A stretch of DNA of 64,000 bases from Octopus bimaculoides (GCF_001194135.2 NC_068999.1:20626939-20690938); one strand, 5' to 3'. Counted from the first letter of the stretch, positions 13,141 through 26,514 are shown. The notes: generated by a model not told the origin, from the sequence alone. A program made the numbers and translations.

Positions 13141-13285
13141 ATACGACGGGCGTCTTTAATGTTCCGTCTACCAGTTCCACTCACAAGGCTTTGATCGGCC
13201 CCTAGGCTACAGTAGAAGTCACTTGCCTAAGGTGCCCCGCAGCGGGATTGAACCCGGAACCATGTGGATGGGGATCATGCTTCTT
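13141..13285 (-). mobile_element. SINE family B, 5' half (tRNA head plus CORE-like segment)
   Basis: ATACGACGGG...CACTCACAAGGCTTTG...CACTTGCCTAAGGTGCC...GGGATTGAACCCGGAACCATGTGG. Confidence 0.85.
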
Positions 13286-14119
13286 TCCTGGAATTCTTGT
13301 TAATGGGATTATTTAGGTTTTCCGTCCATAAAGGGTTTAGCTTTATGGTGTATCGTTAGATCCGCGAACCTGTTGGCCCAGACCTATTAAAATATAATGA
13401 ATGCATAAACACATATAAGACATTGAAGAGTATATTTTTCTTCCCTATGAAGATATTATGCTCAGGTCATATAAATTTAATTTTACTTAATATTTACGGA
13501 TATTAATGGAAACAGATCCAAGAGATGATGATTAATATTTGCTGTTAATAATGAGCAATTATTAACTTCCCAGTCTCCATTTTCTTTCTCTTCTTTTATA
13601 TGAATATAAATGATATGTTTATATAGATGTATATCTATTATTGTAAGGAATTTCCCCCAAATTACAAGGTATTGAGCCAGTATTTCGTGTGATGAAACTA
13701 TCCCTTCATGAGGTTAACATAACCTCCAATAAAATTATATACATATATATATATATGTATATATATATATAACAAATTAAAAGGGTAAAGATTTATCAAT
13801 TTATTACTTGCTGATCCCTTAATTATGTTTATATATATATATATATATATATATCAAGATATCAGGCGGCAGTTCGTCTGATTTNNNNNNNNNNNNNNNN
13901 NNNNNNNNNNNNNNNNNNNNNNNNNNNNNNNNNNNNNNNNTAAGTACCAGTTGAGGAATGGGAGTAGATGTAATTGTATAATCTCTTTTCCAAATGTCAG
14001 GTTTTGTGTGTATAGTAGACAGAATTATTTCTAATAGCATCAAAATATGGTACATATCTTCTATATAATTTATGTTACTGTTACTTTTTAGTTTGTGAAA
14101 TGTTCTGCGATTCTCTTTA

Positions 14120-14522
14120 CTCTTTACTCTTTTGCTTGTTTCAGTCATTTGACTGTGGCCATGCTGGAGCACCGCCTTTATTCAAGCAAATCGACCCCAG
14201 GACATATTTTTTGTAAGCCCAGTACTTATTCTATCAGCCCTTTTGCCGAACCGCTAAGTTACGGGGACGTAAGCACACTAGTATCGGTTGTCAAACGATG
14301 TTGGGGGACAAACACAGACACACAAACATACACACACACACATATATATATATACATACGACGGACTTCTTTCAGTTTCTGTCTACCAAATCCACTCACA
14401 TGGCTTTGGTCGGCCCGAGACTATAGTAGAAGACACTTGCCCAAGATGCCACGCAGTGGGATTGAACCCGGAACCATGTGGTTGGTAAGCAAGCTACTTA
14501 CCACACAGCCACTCCTGCGCCT
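14120..14522 (-). mobile_element. SINE family B, full-length copy (tRNA head, CORE-like domain, internal microsatellite, tail); OR-type octopus SINE-like
   Basis: Minus strand shows A box TGGCTGTGTGG, B box GGTTCAATCC, and GCATCTTGGGCAAGTGTCTTCTACTATAGTCTCGGG resembling the CORE domain. An internal (TA)/(TG) tract precedes the tail GACTGAAACAAGCAAAAGAGTAAAGAG. Confidence 0.9.
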
Positions 14523-14627
14523 ATTTTGTTGCGTAAGAAATATTTTCTGATAATCCATCCTGCATGTCTTCTCTCGTATACACAAGCGACAGGATATGCG
14601 CCCACTCAAACATATACATACAGAGAT

Positions 14628-14842
14628 ATATCGGCTTCCAGTTTTGGCACAAGACCATCAATTTTGCAGAAAGGTTAAAGTTGGTTACTTCGGCTCCAGT
14701 GCTCAGCAACTACTTATTCCGTAGAGCCGAAAGGATGAAAGGCAAATTCAACCTTTGGAGACTTTGAATTCAAGACGCAAAGACGGACGCAACGGTGCTA
14801 AATACTTTGCCCGTTATGCTAACGACTCTGCCAGCTCCCTAC
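14628..14842 (-). mobile_element. SINE family A
   Basis: GAAAGGATGAAAGGC core and ...GCTAACGACTCTGCCAGCTC head on the reverse strand. Confidence 0.8.
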
Positions 14843-15069
14843 TTCAGGTAAATCAGTAATATTAAGTGCCTATTAGAAACCGGAAATAATTGAAACTTCG
14901 CACAAATCAAATGGAAAAGAGTAGGAAAATAATAAACACATTAGGATTACTGATAGCTTAGTAAGTCTGCTCATAGTTTTATCACCAAAATTGATTCCAT
15001 TCGTGCCCCTAAGTATTTTACCTGGAATGCTAACGATTCTTCCAGATTGCCGCATTATATACAGAAATG

Positions 15070-15110
15070 CATTGATTGATTGATTAATTGACTGATTGGT
15101 TGATTGATTA

Positions 15111-15149
<39 letters not shown>

Positions 15150-15176
15150 TATTGACTGACTGATTGATTGATTGAT

Positions 15177-15218
<42 letters not shown>

Positions 15219-15248
15219 CCTGATTGATTAATTGATTGGTTGACTGAC

Positions 15249-15287
<39 letters not shown>

Positions 15288-15294
15288 CTGATTG

Positions 15295-15335
<41 letters not shown>

Positions 15336-15364
15336 CTGATTGACTGATTGATTGATTGATTGAT
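15070..15364. repeat. (ATTG)n tetranucleotide microsatellite, about 295 bp
   Basis: Long gattgattg array with occasional variant units. Confidence 0.95.
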
Positions 15365-16047
15365 AGTATGTACAATCCTGATTGTACCATACGTACACTT
15401 CCCAAAATTCTTGTACACACCAATATTAAAATAAAATTTTATTCTATGAACACTGAAGAACTGAAAGGCCAACATAAGTAAAGAGCAGAAGACATGCTAT
15501 AATTTTACTCAACAGCTGCTCCACTTCGTTGCCATATATATTATTATATGTCATATCTCTATTATTATATATCGGCTATAAGGCTATTACAGCATTATCG
15601 CATTCACATCTCTCTTATTGCTTTACCTAGTATTCTCAGGATACATTGCTTATATGGAGATGTCTACAGCCGATATGCAATTTTATCGATATTTTCAAAA
15701 TTGTACTAAGGCAGTTTTGAATATTTTAAACGCGAGTGAGCGTGCTACCAATTTAAAGTTCCGTTATCAGTCTTCTTCCCTGGTTAATACAAATTTCACT
15801 AATATATTATATGTCACCAAGTCCGCAGCTATTTTGTGAGCATAGATTTTCCACTTGTACACTTAATACATCTGTGAAAATTTCTGAACGCATTCTTTAA
15901 CTAGTTTTTAGAGTCTGGTGGAAGAAACAGCGCCCATAGCCTTGACCGGTCCTCTAATATTAAATAAAGAGTTAAACAATTATAGTATACAAATAAATGG
16001 TCACCGCAGTTCTCTGCGATGCGCACACACTCACACACACACACACA

Positions 16048-16141
<94 letters not shown>

Positions 16142-17056
16142 GCGACAATCTACTTGTTTCTCATGCATCTGTCAAGTGATGAAGATAATAAGGGTCGTAT
16201 GTGAAGTAAAGTCTATTCAATACATATTTTCAATTAAATTCAAATAGGTAAATTTGTTATGTTTGTATGACTATTACATTGTGTTACATATATCACACAC
16301 TGTCTGAGTAAGTTCCTCGTTTAAAGCACTCTAATATGAAATAAAATAGTAAACACAGTATATAAATTAATAACACCACTTCTGTGAAGCTACAATATGC
16401 TTGCCTCTCTGCGATTGGTCAAGTGATATAGACATATCTGATGAGATCCGAATAATACTCGAAAATCGATTTAGGTTGGGCAATTTTTTTTCTGTTAATG
16501 TACAGAGTAGATACATTTTCCGTCTTTGTATGTCTACTACATAGGTACATATATATATATATATATATACATTTTATAGCCTTGTCCATACATTTTATAG
16601 CCTTGTCCATGCATACTGCTTACACCTTCCCTCTCTTTAGAAGTAATTGTCCCTTTGCTATCACCACTAGATAAGAAACAATAAAATCTGAGACAGTTAA
16701 AACTTTTGTCTAGAATCAATTACTAGCCTGATAGACTCGGCTATGTCAAGATGGACTTATGTATTCTTCCTCATATTTGGATTTTTATGTATTCTCTCTG
16801 CCACTTGGATTTGAAATGTTGCCACATTTATAACATGTCTTTTCTACAGTAATTTTTCTGCATTTTCGTGCAGCTGAAAATTGCTCTTTATATTGCATTT
16901 AAGGTAATGCTCGCATTACTTAAATAAATTGAAGTAGCATGAAACGTGCGTACTGCAATCACCTTTGAAATCGGTGTTGCTTATTTTTGGATTTTGATCA
17001 CCTATCCTTTTGGGATATAGTATTCGGGTGCCTACGCATAAGTACCATATTCAACC

Positions 17057-17102
<46 letters not shown>

Positions 17103-17371
17103 CTCTGATGACGGTATGTCCAATACTTAGGGACATCCCACAAACATATGTGAGATTTTGAATTTCTTCGTATAATAATATTGTATACAACTTGAGATGT
17201 TTGCTGTCCTGTTTCCCGCTGCATGGGAAATATATAATGGCTACTTAACTACCGTCTCGGCTATAACCTTGGAGCACAAATAATCCGTTATAGTATTCAC
17301 CTAGCCTACCTAATCGTTTACAACACCTGTGAACTAAGCCCCCATACTTTGTGTGTATGTATATATATATG

Positions 17372-17418
<47 letters not shown>

Positions 17419-18872
17419 TATATATATATGTACATATACATTGGGTTGTACATATACATTCGCTTTTTTGTGTGAAATAAAAGTCCTTTTCTTTTCATAC
17501 AAAGAATGAACTTTAATCAATTACATATTTTTCGTTTTCTTCGATGACCTTTGCCATCTTTTTGGTTACTTCATGATTCCACGCTCTACAACTACTGGCA
17601 CTTATCAGGCAAAAACTGAAGCAAGTACGATTTCATGTCATCATAATTATTGAAAGTTTTACCATTCAAAGAATTTTAAAGTGAGCTGGAAATGCTTGAG
17701 TCGAAATGGCATTAGCTCAGCTATTTCTAATGAACAAGAGTCATCTCTGTACTTGATATACTCATTTCATCATTTCGATTCTGCGGTTGTTGTTGCATGT
17801 ATTTAGTAAAACATTTATAGATAAATGTTGAATTCGCTATTATAATTCTATCGTGAATTCTGTATAGCTTCTAAGTTATATAGCCCGTTGATATCACTGC
17901 AATAATTTCCCACAAAACACTATTATCCGTCCATATACAACTATCGATACATCTAATACAATAATAAACACGATATGTATCTTACGGCAGTATATCAACT
18001 AAGCTGCTCCTGCTTCTCTTCTTACTGGTGCTAGAGCTGGTATAGTTGCTATTGCTGTTTTGTATTTGTTTAACTGCTGGAAAATTAAACCTGATGGAAG
18101 AGCTTAATAGTCAAAACCATTTGACTTGTCATTATATGGTTAAGTTTAAGATATCTATGATGAACATGTGGCAGCTATTTCTAAGAGATAGAGGATCGCA
18201 TAGAGACTGCTTACTTGGCCATGAATTACAAGGGAACTATCTCCACTTAAGGGATGATAGCGGAGGTACAATTCAGAATTTGGTCATCATCATGTAATTA
18301 TAGGAATACACTGGAAACAACCAGACTGTTTATATCAAGCCACACGATCAGTAAGAGATAATTCCCTAAATTAACAATTTACTATTTTAAGGAAGGGAAG
18401 ATAAATGCATTATCAGTCTTCTCCCTTGATTAATAAAAATTTCACCCAATATAGTATATATCACAACGTTCACAACTCTTTGTGAGTACAGAGTTTCCAC
18501 TTATATACTGAATATGTCTGAACTTTTCTGAAAGTGCGTTTGGGTGTATGTATGTCCTTGTGGAATTAATTGTCAAATCTTTCTCTAATACATAAAGAAT
18601 TCAGACACAAGATAATTCCATTGAAGTTTAGTTATCCTATTTTAGGTAGTGCTGTTTGTGTGCATACATCTATATATTTGCTATGTATGAACATATATAT
18701 TAATAGAGTGTTTCTATATATGTATATATGTTTGTGTATATGTATGCCATTGTTCAGTTTTATTTCAAGATTTCTTACAATAGAGAAAGAGTCGGTTTGT
18801 AACCTAACTCCAAGGCACCTTCATTGGAATTTCAACATCAACAACAGGGTATTCTAGTTTGTATGTATGTGT

Positions 18873-18985
18873 GTATGTTTTTCTATATGTATGTATGTAT
18901 GCATATGTGCAGATTTGTATGTTTTTCTATATGTATGTATGTATACATATGTGCAGATTTGTATGTTTTTCTATATGTATGTATA
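18873..18985. repeat. 44-bp minisatellite, about 2.5 units, built from (GTAT)n-like sequence
   Basis: GTATGTTTTTCTATATGTATGTATGTATGCATATGTGCAGATTT starts at 18873, 18917 and 18961. Confidence 0.85.
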
Positions 18986-19024
18986 CTTATACATAGAGTT
19001 GCATATCTAGACATGCTCATATAT

Positions 19025-19029
19025 ATATT

Positions 19030-19063
<34 letters not shown>

Positions 19064-19066
19064 TGC

Positions 19067-19105
<39 letters not shown>

Positions 19106-19106
19106 C

Positions 19107-19140
<34 letters not shown>

Positions 19141-19141
19141 T
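19025..19141. repeat. Compound (GTAT)n/(AGAT)n microsatellite
   Basis: Visible tetranucleotide runs. Confidence 0.9.
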
Positions 19142-19567
19142 ACTCGTTATAACGCTCTGACTTCCGGAGAACCAAGAGGAGGCCGATCCCTGAAAAGTTA
19201 AAAATAATCTCACATCACCCCTAAAATTTGAACACTCCACTTCCTAGAAAATGGCCAAAGTTCTCTCCGAGGACCTTCTTCTAAACTACTCGCTCCACAT
19301 TATTCAGTCTGTCTCTATTACCATCAACATTTTAAACGTTATATTTTCTTCATCCCCATCAGCTGATTATACCTCTCTGCATCTGATTTCGACATTGCGT
19401 TACTTCCTAGTAATCATTTGTCGAGTTCACGCACATTCAGCCCTAGTACACATATACACACACAGTCACACAATAAAGATGCATACATACATATACAAAC
19501 AGGCAAACGGACAGTCAGACAGTCAGACAGACATATATGCATGTATACATACATAGGTGTGTGTGCA

Positions 19568-19612
<45 letters not shown>

Positions 19613-20124
19613 CTGAGTGTATGTGTGTGTGTGTGTGTGTGCATGTATGTGTGTGAATATATGTATATATGCATATATGAACGAACGAACGAATGAATGA
19701 ATGAATGAATGAATGAATGAACATAGCGCTGTATGGTTGAATAATGAAGATGTTTGTTTCGCAGTCACCAAGTGGTTTGCTGGTTCAATCCAGTTGCCTA
19801 GCATCTTAAACAAATTCCGTTCTTTTTACCCTCGTCTAAAAACATACATTGTGTTTGAAATTAAGTATACAGACATACCATACACGGTACTTGCAAGGAT
19901 ATCAGCAATTCATAAGGTACAGTTTTATTATGCACTACGACGTAATTATTCTGCTTGAAAATTAAATTAAGGTTCCATGATTTTATGGAAGACTCTGGAA
20001 GTCACAGGATAATTCAGGAGCCGTGTATATAGCAAATCAAACAAAAGAATTCGTATCTTTCAACGCGTGTCCCAACAGCACAATATGTGTGTATGTGTGT
20101 TTGCATTTGTATGTGTGTGTGAGT

Positions 20125-20168
<44 letters not shown>

Positions 20169-20766
20169 CTGTGTGTGTATACACATACATAAATGCCCAC
20201 GCATTTACACATATATAGAGATAACTTATCTACATACATATATATCAATGTGTGTCAGGATGCGTCTTTTATTTCGTATATATACGTTTGAGTGTATGTG
20301 TGCGCGAATGTGTCTCTGTATAAATCTGTTTCTATGCAAGCATGAGTATGTGTGTATGAGTGTTTCTGTGTGCTTGTCTGTGTGTATGTGTGCGTGTGCC
20401 TGTGCGTGCGTCTCTGCTGGCGTATTAGGAGATGAAAATGCAAATTTGGAAAGTACATCGTGTAAATTACATCCTGTTAAACATATATATATATATTTCT
20501 CGACTGTGTGACATTGAATAACTATTCACGAACAGTTTAGAAGCTATCAGCATACATCAAACGATAGTTTTGCTATCGTATCACCCAGAATTTTGAATAG
20601 ATTCTTCTCGAAATATTATTAACGGAGCAGTCAGACCGGCGTCAATAATGCTATGCACACACTAGTTGCTTATTTAGTTGTAGTAAAATTAAATCTTTTT
20701 ACCGATACTATCACTGATGATGAATGTTTAAATCACAATAATATTTAAATAATCTACCATATATGT

Positions 20767-20808
<42 letters not shown>

Positions 20809-21554
20809 AGAGCGGGGTGTACGTGAATACTCATAACATTTTGTATGTGTATAATTTATTGCAGAAAAGGCCATCACTTTTATCGAGCCGGAACGGAGGA
20901 AGCAGTCCTCAGAGAAATATTGACATAAGCAAACTCATCGAATAGTCAGGTAATAGAATATGTTAACTGTTAGTTGGAACTCAGTTAACGACTGTGAAAC
21001 TTGGAAAATCACGTATGTGTAAAGAGAGACAAGATTTTCAATGAATAAATTAAAAGTGTGTCGAATAAAATGAAAAACGATATACAAATTACATCTCACT
21101 GATGAATGTAGATACAATTATTTCGATCAGATTATGCGGTATAATCTTACAACGTGTCTTTGCTAAAGTAAAATTACATAAACCACAAGTTCACAGAATT
21201 GCATAGACTAATTTCTCTATTTGTCTGCTTCTATATAAATGCTATATAATAACATCACTTGTCTCTATTACATCTAGACGTATACGCACTTGAATGAGAT
21301 AATGATATTAGTATCTTCATGATTGTTCTTCAGTTTCTTTGGTGTCTTTTTCTATACATGTGCTTAAAAATACAATATACATAATTTTATTATAGTTGCA
21401 GAGTTGTTGTTGTTTAATCCCATATCAGTACTCAAGAATCAGACGTATTAAGTTCTTTCCAGCCACTACAATTATATTTTGCACATTAATACTTTCATTC
21501 CTAAAATGGTAGTTATAGGATTTTACCATCAATTTTGTAATATTTGTACCAGTT

Positions 21555-22172
21555 ATCAAATTCCGCCGAGGTCGACTTTGCCTTTCATTCTTTCAGGGTC
21601 GATAAATTAAGTACCAGTTGAGTACTGGGGCTCGATGTAACCGACTAGACCCCTCCCCAATAATTTCGGGCTTTGTGCTTAGAGTAGAACAGAATATTTG
21701 TGCCAGATACGGGTGACGAGCTGGCAGAATCGTTGCCGCATTGAAGGCGGCGAGCTAGCAGAATCGTTAGCGCGCCGGGCGAAATGCTTAGCGCTATTTC
21801 GTCTGCCGTTACGTTCTGAGTTCAAATTCCGCCGAGATCGACTTTGCCGTTCGTACTTTCGGGGTCGATAAATTAAGTACCAGTTATGTGCTGGTGTCGA
21901 TGTAATTGAATTAATCCCTTTCTCTGTCCTTATTTGTCCCCTCTATATTTAGCCTCTTGTGGGCAATAAAGAAATAAGAATCGTTGCCGCAACGAAGAAA
22001 ATGCTGAGCGGCATTTCGTCCATGTTCTGTGTTCAAATTCTACCGAGATCGACTTTACCGTTTATCTCTTTTGGGGTCGATAAAATAAGTACCAGTTGAG
22101 TACTAAATTTAATGCAGTTGATTTAATCCCTTCCCCGACATTGCCGACCTTATGCCAACATTTGAAACCAAC
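21555..22172 (+). mobile_element. Cluster of three SINE family A copies, one nested inside another
   Basis: Copies at about 21555-21697, 21712-21740 plus 21977-22172 (interrupted), and 21741-21976 (inserted). A perfect 15-bp direct repeat AGAATCGTTGCCGCA lies at 21726-21740 and 21977-21991. Confidence 0.9.
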
Positions 22173-22754
22173 ATTTGAATCAGTTAGAATGTGTACGAAT
22201 ACATACTTTCGAACACTTAGACATGGTTAGTGAATATTTGATTTCATTATTTCTTACAGTAAACGATTTCTGTAATTTCCACTTAAATGTGTCTTTGTGT
22301 TTTCCTGCCAGCATCCACTTCTAACCATTTGGAGTGTCAATCTTTCTAGGCGTGAAAGCATTTAAGTAACATAAAATTCTAATGCCGATACATATCACCA
22401 ACAAAACTACTACACGTATTTGAAACATGTTAAGAACTTTGCTTCGCAACCTCAAACACTTGGATTTGACATCACAGCGTGATATTTGGGTGAATGCTAT
22501 TTTCTTTATCCTTGCATCGGCCCATCCGTTGAGAGTAAACATTAGCAGAGAGAGACGGAAGAGAAGCACTTTGGATGCACCTGTAAGCAAAAGTGGAGAG
22601 ACTGTTTCTGGTTGAGAAAGTGAAATACTCAAGCAGTTAATACAAAAAACCCAATACATTTCTTCGAAAACGACAGAGATATGTCCTTGATATATGCATG
22701 TTTGTGCATGCATATGCTTGTATATATACATGAACTCGTCCGCAGCGTGTTCTA

Positions 22755-24092
22755 TGAGGTTGTTTCGAAAATAATGGCTAATTTCAGAAACAATTTTATT
22801 CTGGAAAAATTAACAATAGAAATGTTTTGATTAGTCAAAGTACGAACCGTGAACATCTATGCATCTCTGCCATCGTTCAAAGAGATTATTAATGCCTCGT
22901 TGATAAAAAAATTATTGGCTTTGTTGCTAAGAAATCTTTGAATGCTGATTCCACCTCTGGTTTGGATCTGAAACTTTTATCACTTAAAAACGAGTTTAAA
23001 TGCTTTAAAAAATGGTAGTCAGTGGGTGAACGATCAGGAGAATATGGAGGATGTGGTGAAGTCTCTTATCCCATATTCTGATCTTTCACACGCAAGTCTG
23101 TGAGTTTCTGAAGCGTCCTTCTTGCAGCATGTGGCTTTGCATTATCAGGAAGTAGTACTGGGCCACACCGATTCACCAATGCAGGTTTCATTGTTTGCAA
23201 GTGAGCTTGTATTTCAGCGAGTTGATTTCAGTAAAACTCTGCTATAATGCTCTGATTGGCATGGAGAAAGCTATAATGAACAACACTTGCAAACCGCTAG
23301 ACAGTCACTATAATCTTTTGCTGATGCAAATTTGGCTTTGGAAAATGTTTGGGAGACTCATCACGATTAAGCAATTGACCTGATCGTTTAAGGTTATCGT
23401 AAAAGATCCATTTTTCGTCACAAGTAATTATACGCTCAAGAAAAAGGATCATTGGTGTTTCGCAGACAGAGCATCGAGTACACTTCAAAACGCCGAAAAT
23501 TTTGATTTTAACTGAAGTCATGCGGTACCCATTTATCGAAATCTTTTCACTTTACTAATCTTCTGCAAATTGCGTGAGACCGTTGCAATAGCGACACCAA
23601 GTGCCTGAGACGTTTCTCTGGCACTTTGACATGGGTTTTCGTTCGACGATTGCTTTCAATTACTGATTGTCAAGAATGCATGGCTGTCCTCCTTCTTCAT
23701 CTTCAAGGCTCTCATCACCACTACGGAATTTCTGAAGCCACCTTCGTACCGTGCGATCACATGTGGACCCTTTTGCCCATGCTCTGTTGATATTGGCAAC
23801 CGTTTGAGAAGCATTGTGCCCAAGCTTGAACTCATGCAAGAAAAGTAAGCGAAGGCCTTTTTTAGTCATGTTCATAATTAAGGGCACCTACGCTTCAAGA
23901 ATGTTTTCTGGCTGAAATAAGTAGAAAATTAATAAAGAGCCTGCATCAATTATTAAGTACCTAAAATATATGCATCAATTATTGAATACCTATTAATTAC
24001 CGATATGTACCTAAAATATATTTAAAATACTATGATAAAATTGCGTTTAAAAAAAAACACTTAAAGCGGCCATTATTTTCAGAACAAACTAA
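22755..24092 (-). mobile_element. Near full-length (about 1.34 kb) decayed mariner transposon (DD34D, Hsmar1/SETMAR-like)
   Basis: TIRs TGAGGTTGTTTCGAAAATAATGGC and (reverse complement) TTAGTTTGTTCTGAAAATAATGGC with TA flanks. Peptides LRLLFLHEFKLGHNASQTVANIN, RIITCDEKWIFYDN, DNAKPHAAR and HPPYSPDRSPTDYHF. Confidence 0.92.
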
Positions 24093-24217
24093 TACCTAGT
24101 ATCTGATATATGCAAAAGAGATTGGCGGTAAGTATTCCATTATAAATGCTTTTCAGTCACCATGAATAAATCAGCTTCATGTATTTTTGCATAATTCAAG
24201 CATTGCTATAAAAATAA

Positions 24218-24411
24218 TCTCAAATTTTGGCACAAGACCAGCAATTTTGGGGGTGAGTGTAACTTTATTAACATTGACACCAGTACTCAACTGGTACTTA
24301 TTTAATCGACGCCGAAAGGATGAAAGGCGAAGTTGATCTCAGCGTAAATTAAACTCTGAAAGTTAAGACGGACGAAATATCGCTAAGCATTTTTGCCAGC
24401 TCGCCGCCTTA
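24218..24411 (-). mobile_element. SINE family A with a short deletion in the head
   Basis: GAAAGGATGAAAGGCGAAGTTGA core and GCCAGCTCGCCGCCTTA head. Confidence 0.8.
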
Positions 24412-25672
24412 AATACGTTGCAATAATAATGGTAGTAGTGTATTTGTATTATAGCAAGCTTCTTTTCTTTAAAATATAATGAGTAAAACGGGAACTTCTG
24501 GCAGGAGAAACTTTTTTATGTGGCATAACTTTGGATCTTCACCCTAAACGTGATCTTTATAGTAAATGAGATGCCAGGTGGTATGTGAAACCTAATCCAA
24601 GATATTCTGCATTTTGCGTTTTGAACATGACAAACAGACAGATTAAGAAATGAAAAATTAGTAGAGACAAATTTTGGGATCGGAAATGGGGAGCGTATTG
24701 AGTGAATCATACTTTACGATTAGGTTCTCTATTTATCAAAACATTTTCTTTTGTTATTTCATGTCTGAAATTACCTGACCTGATTCATACGATATTTTTT
24801 TTCTTCTTTCATTAGAACCAACACTTCAAATGCAAAGCGAGCAAATGCACAACAGAAATTCGCTTTAATCAGAATTTGTAATTAATTAAAATATAACTCG
24901 TAGGTAGTTAAGATTTTATGTGCGATAAAATGAATTTACAATCTGCCCACGACTTTCGCTTGAAGCAAATTCACTTTGTTTTCGTGCGAAATTGCATTGT
25001 GTATTAAAATAGTGTCAGTAAATTGCTTGGAAATGAGTGACAATAAGAAGATGAAGCTGGAAGAGACACGAAGGTTGTAAAGCACATAGAGGTAAATTTT
25101 AATGGTCAGAGAAAAAGGATGATTGCTTGGCAACCGTGAAATAGAAAAACCAACAGGAGATGCTAGAAAGAGCAGCTAATTCGCATTACTAAAAACAAGG
25201 TATTTTAGATAATGGAGGAGACGTTTAATAATGTATCGTTAGATATATATATAATAGTCAAGTGAATTACTTGCTTATGAGGAAGGATACACCATTAATC
25301 ACAGTTTTGTTCGATCAAGAGTTAAGGAGGATTAAAAACAAAATCATGTGTAAATGTAAAGGAGAGGTAGAGGGGTTCTTTCGACAAAGAAACCCACTCA
25401 TTTGCTACTTTAATATACATCAGAAATTAATGAATACAGTGCATAAGAATAAATATATTGGATAAGTTTCTCATCCTATATGACTGTGATATTTTCTGTC
25501 TCGTGTAAATAAAGATATCAATGTATATATAGTTAATATTATGCAATGTAGATGCACAATTCCTACACTAACAATCATACCAATCTCAAAATCTTAACCA
25601 TCCATCGTACTGCGTCTCTTGCAACATGTTTCGTACTCTCTCATTCCATCTCTTTTTCTAATCATTTGCCTC

Positions 25673-25673
25673 C

Positions 25674-25730
<57 letters not shown>

Positions 25731-25740
25731 CCTCTCTCTT
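25673..25740. repeat. (CT)n microsatellite
   Basis: Visible ctct run. Confidence 0.95.
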
Positions 25741-26469
25741 TCCTTGTCACGCTTACGCTTTTGTTCTCTAATGCTCACATTCTTTGCATTTATCTCCTTA
25801 TCTATCACTTTTTTTCCCGCTGTATATCTTCCTCTTTCACACATTTCTCTCCGCTCACTCTCTTTCCGGTTTTAATTTCTGTATTTCTTACTCTGGTAGT
25901 TTTTTGTTTCATATTTATTTTGTTTTTGCTCGGTAATTTATTTCCATTAAGCGCCGTCTGGGTTGGAATTTAATCTTGTTTATTCGTTAACAAATACATT
26001 TATTTCTTTATATATATATACATTATCATGATGCTTTTTCTTCTCTTTTTTTTTACTTCAGATATTCGTATATGAGATGAATAGAAAGAAAAAGGGAAGA
26101 AATATCATTCGGTCGCGTCTCAATTGACATTAAGATTATATATCAATTGCCAATTATAATTCCACGAAAAACACATTATAATAAATACAAATATAATTAT
26201 AAAAGTACATAAATACATACATTAAAAAAAACTTATTATGAATTTAAATTCTTAATAATAAAAATGGAACCTGTTGAGATTTCAAACGTGAAATGAAGAT
26301 AACAGCTTTAATAAAGAATGTTGTATTATTATAAATCATCAAAAGTTGTTTATGTTATTTTGAGCTCGGCTATTAAATTTTGTAATTTGTTTCTGCAATA
26401 GTATGCGATACGTTCCAATTGTAAATGTATCACTGGCCACGGGTGCATTCTATGATATATATGCATATA

Positions 26470-26509
<40 letters not shown>

Positions 26510-26514
<5 letters not shown>

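Noticed and set aside
14440-14522. tRNA-like sequences in SINE heads (also 21745-21835 and 54251-54318)
   Set aside because: A and B boxes are present but there is no full cloverleaf or acceptor stem; these are SINE heads, not tRNA genes.
16568-16610. 21-bp direct repeat ACATTTTATAGCCTTGTCCAT
   Set aside because: A simple local slippage duplication with no further structure.
20865-20949. 85-nt segment between a good acceptor (TTATTGCAG) and donor (CAG|GTAATA)
   Set aside because: Stops in all three frames; it could only be a UTR or lncRNA exon, which cannot be supported without RNA data.
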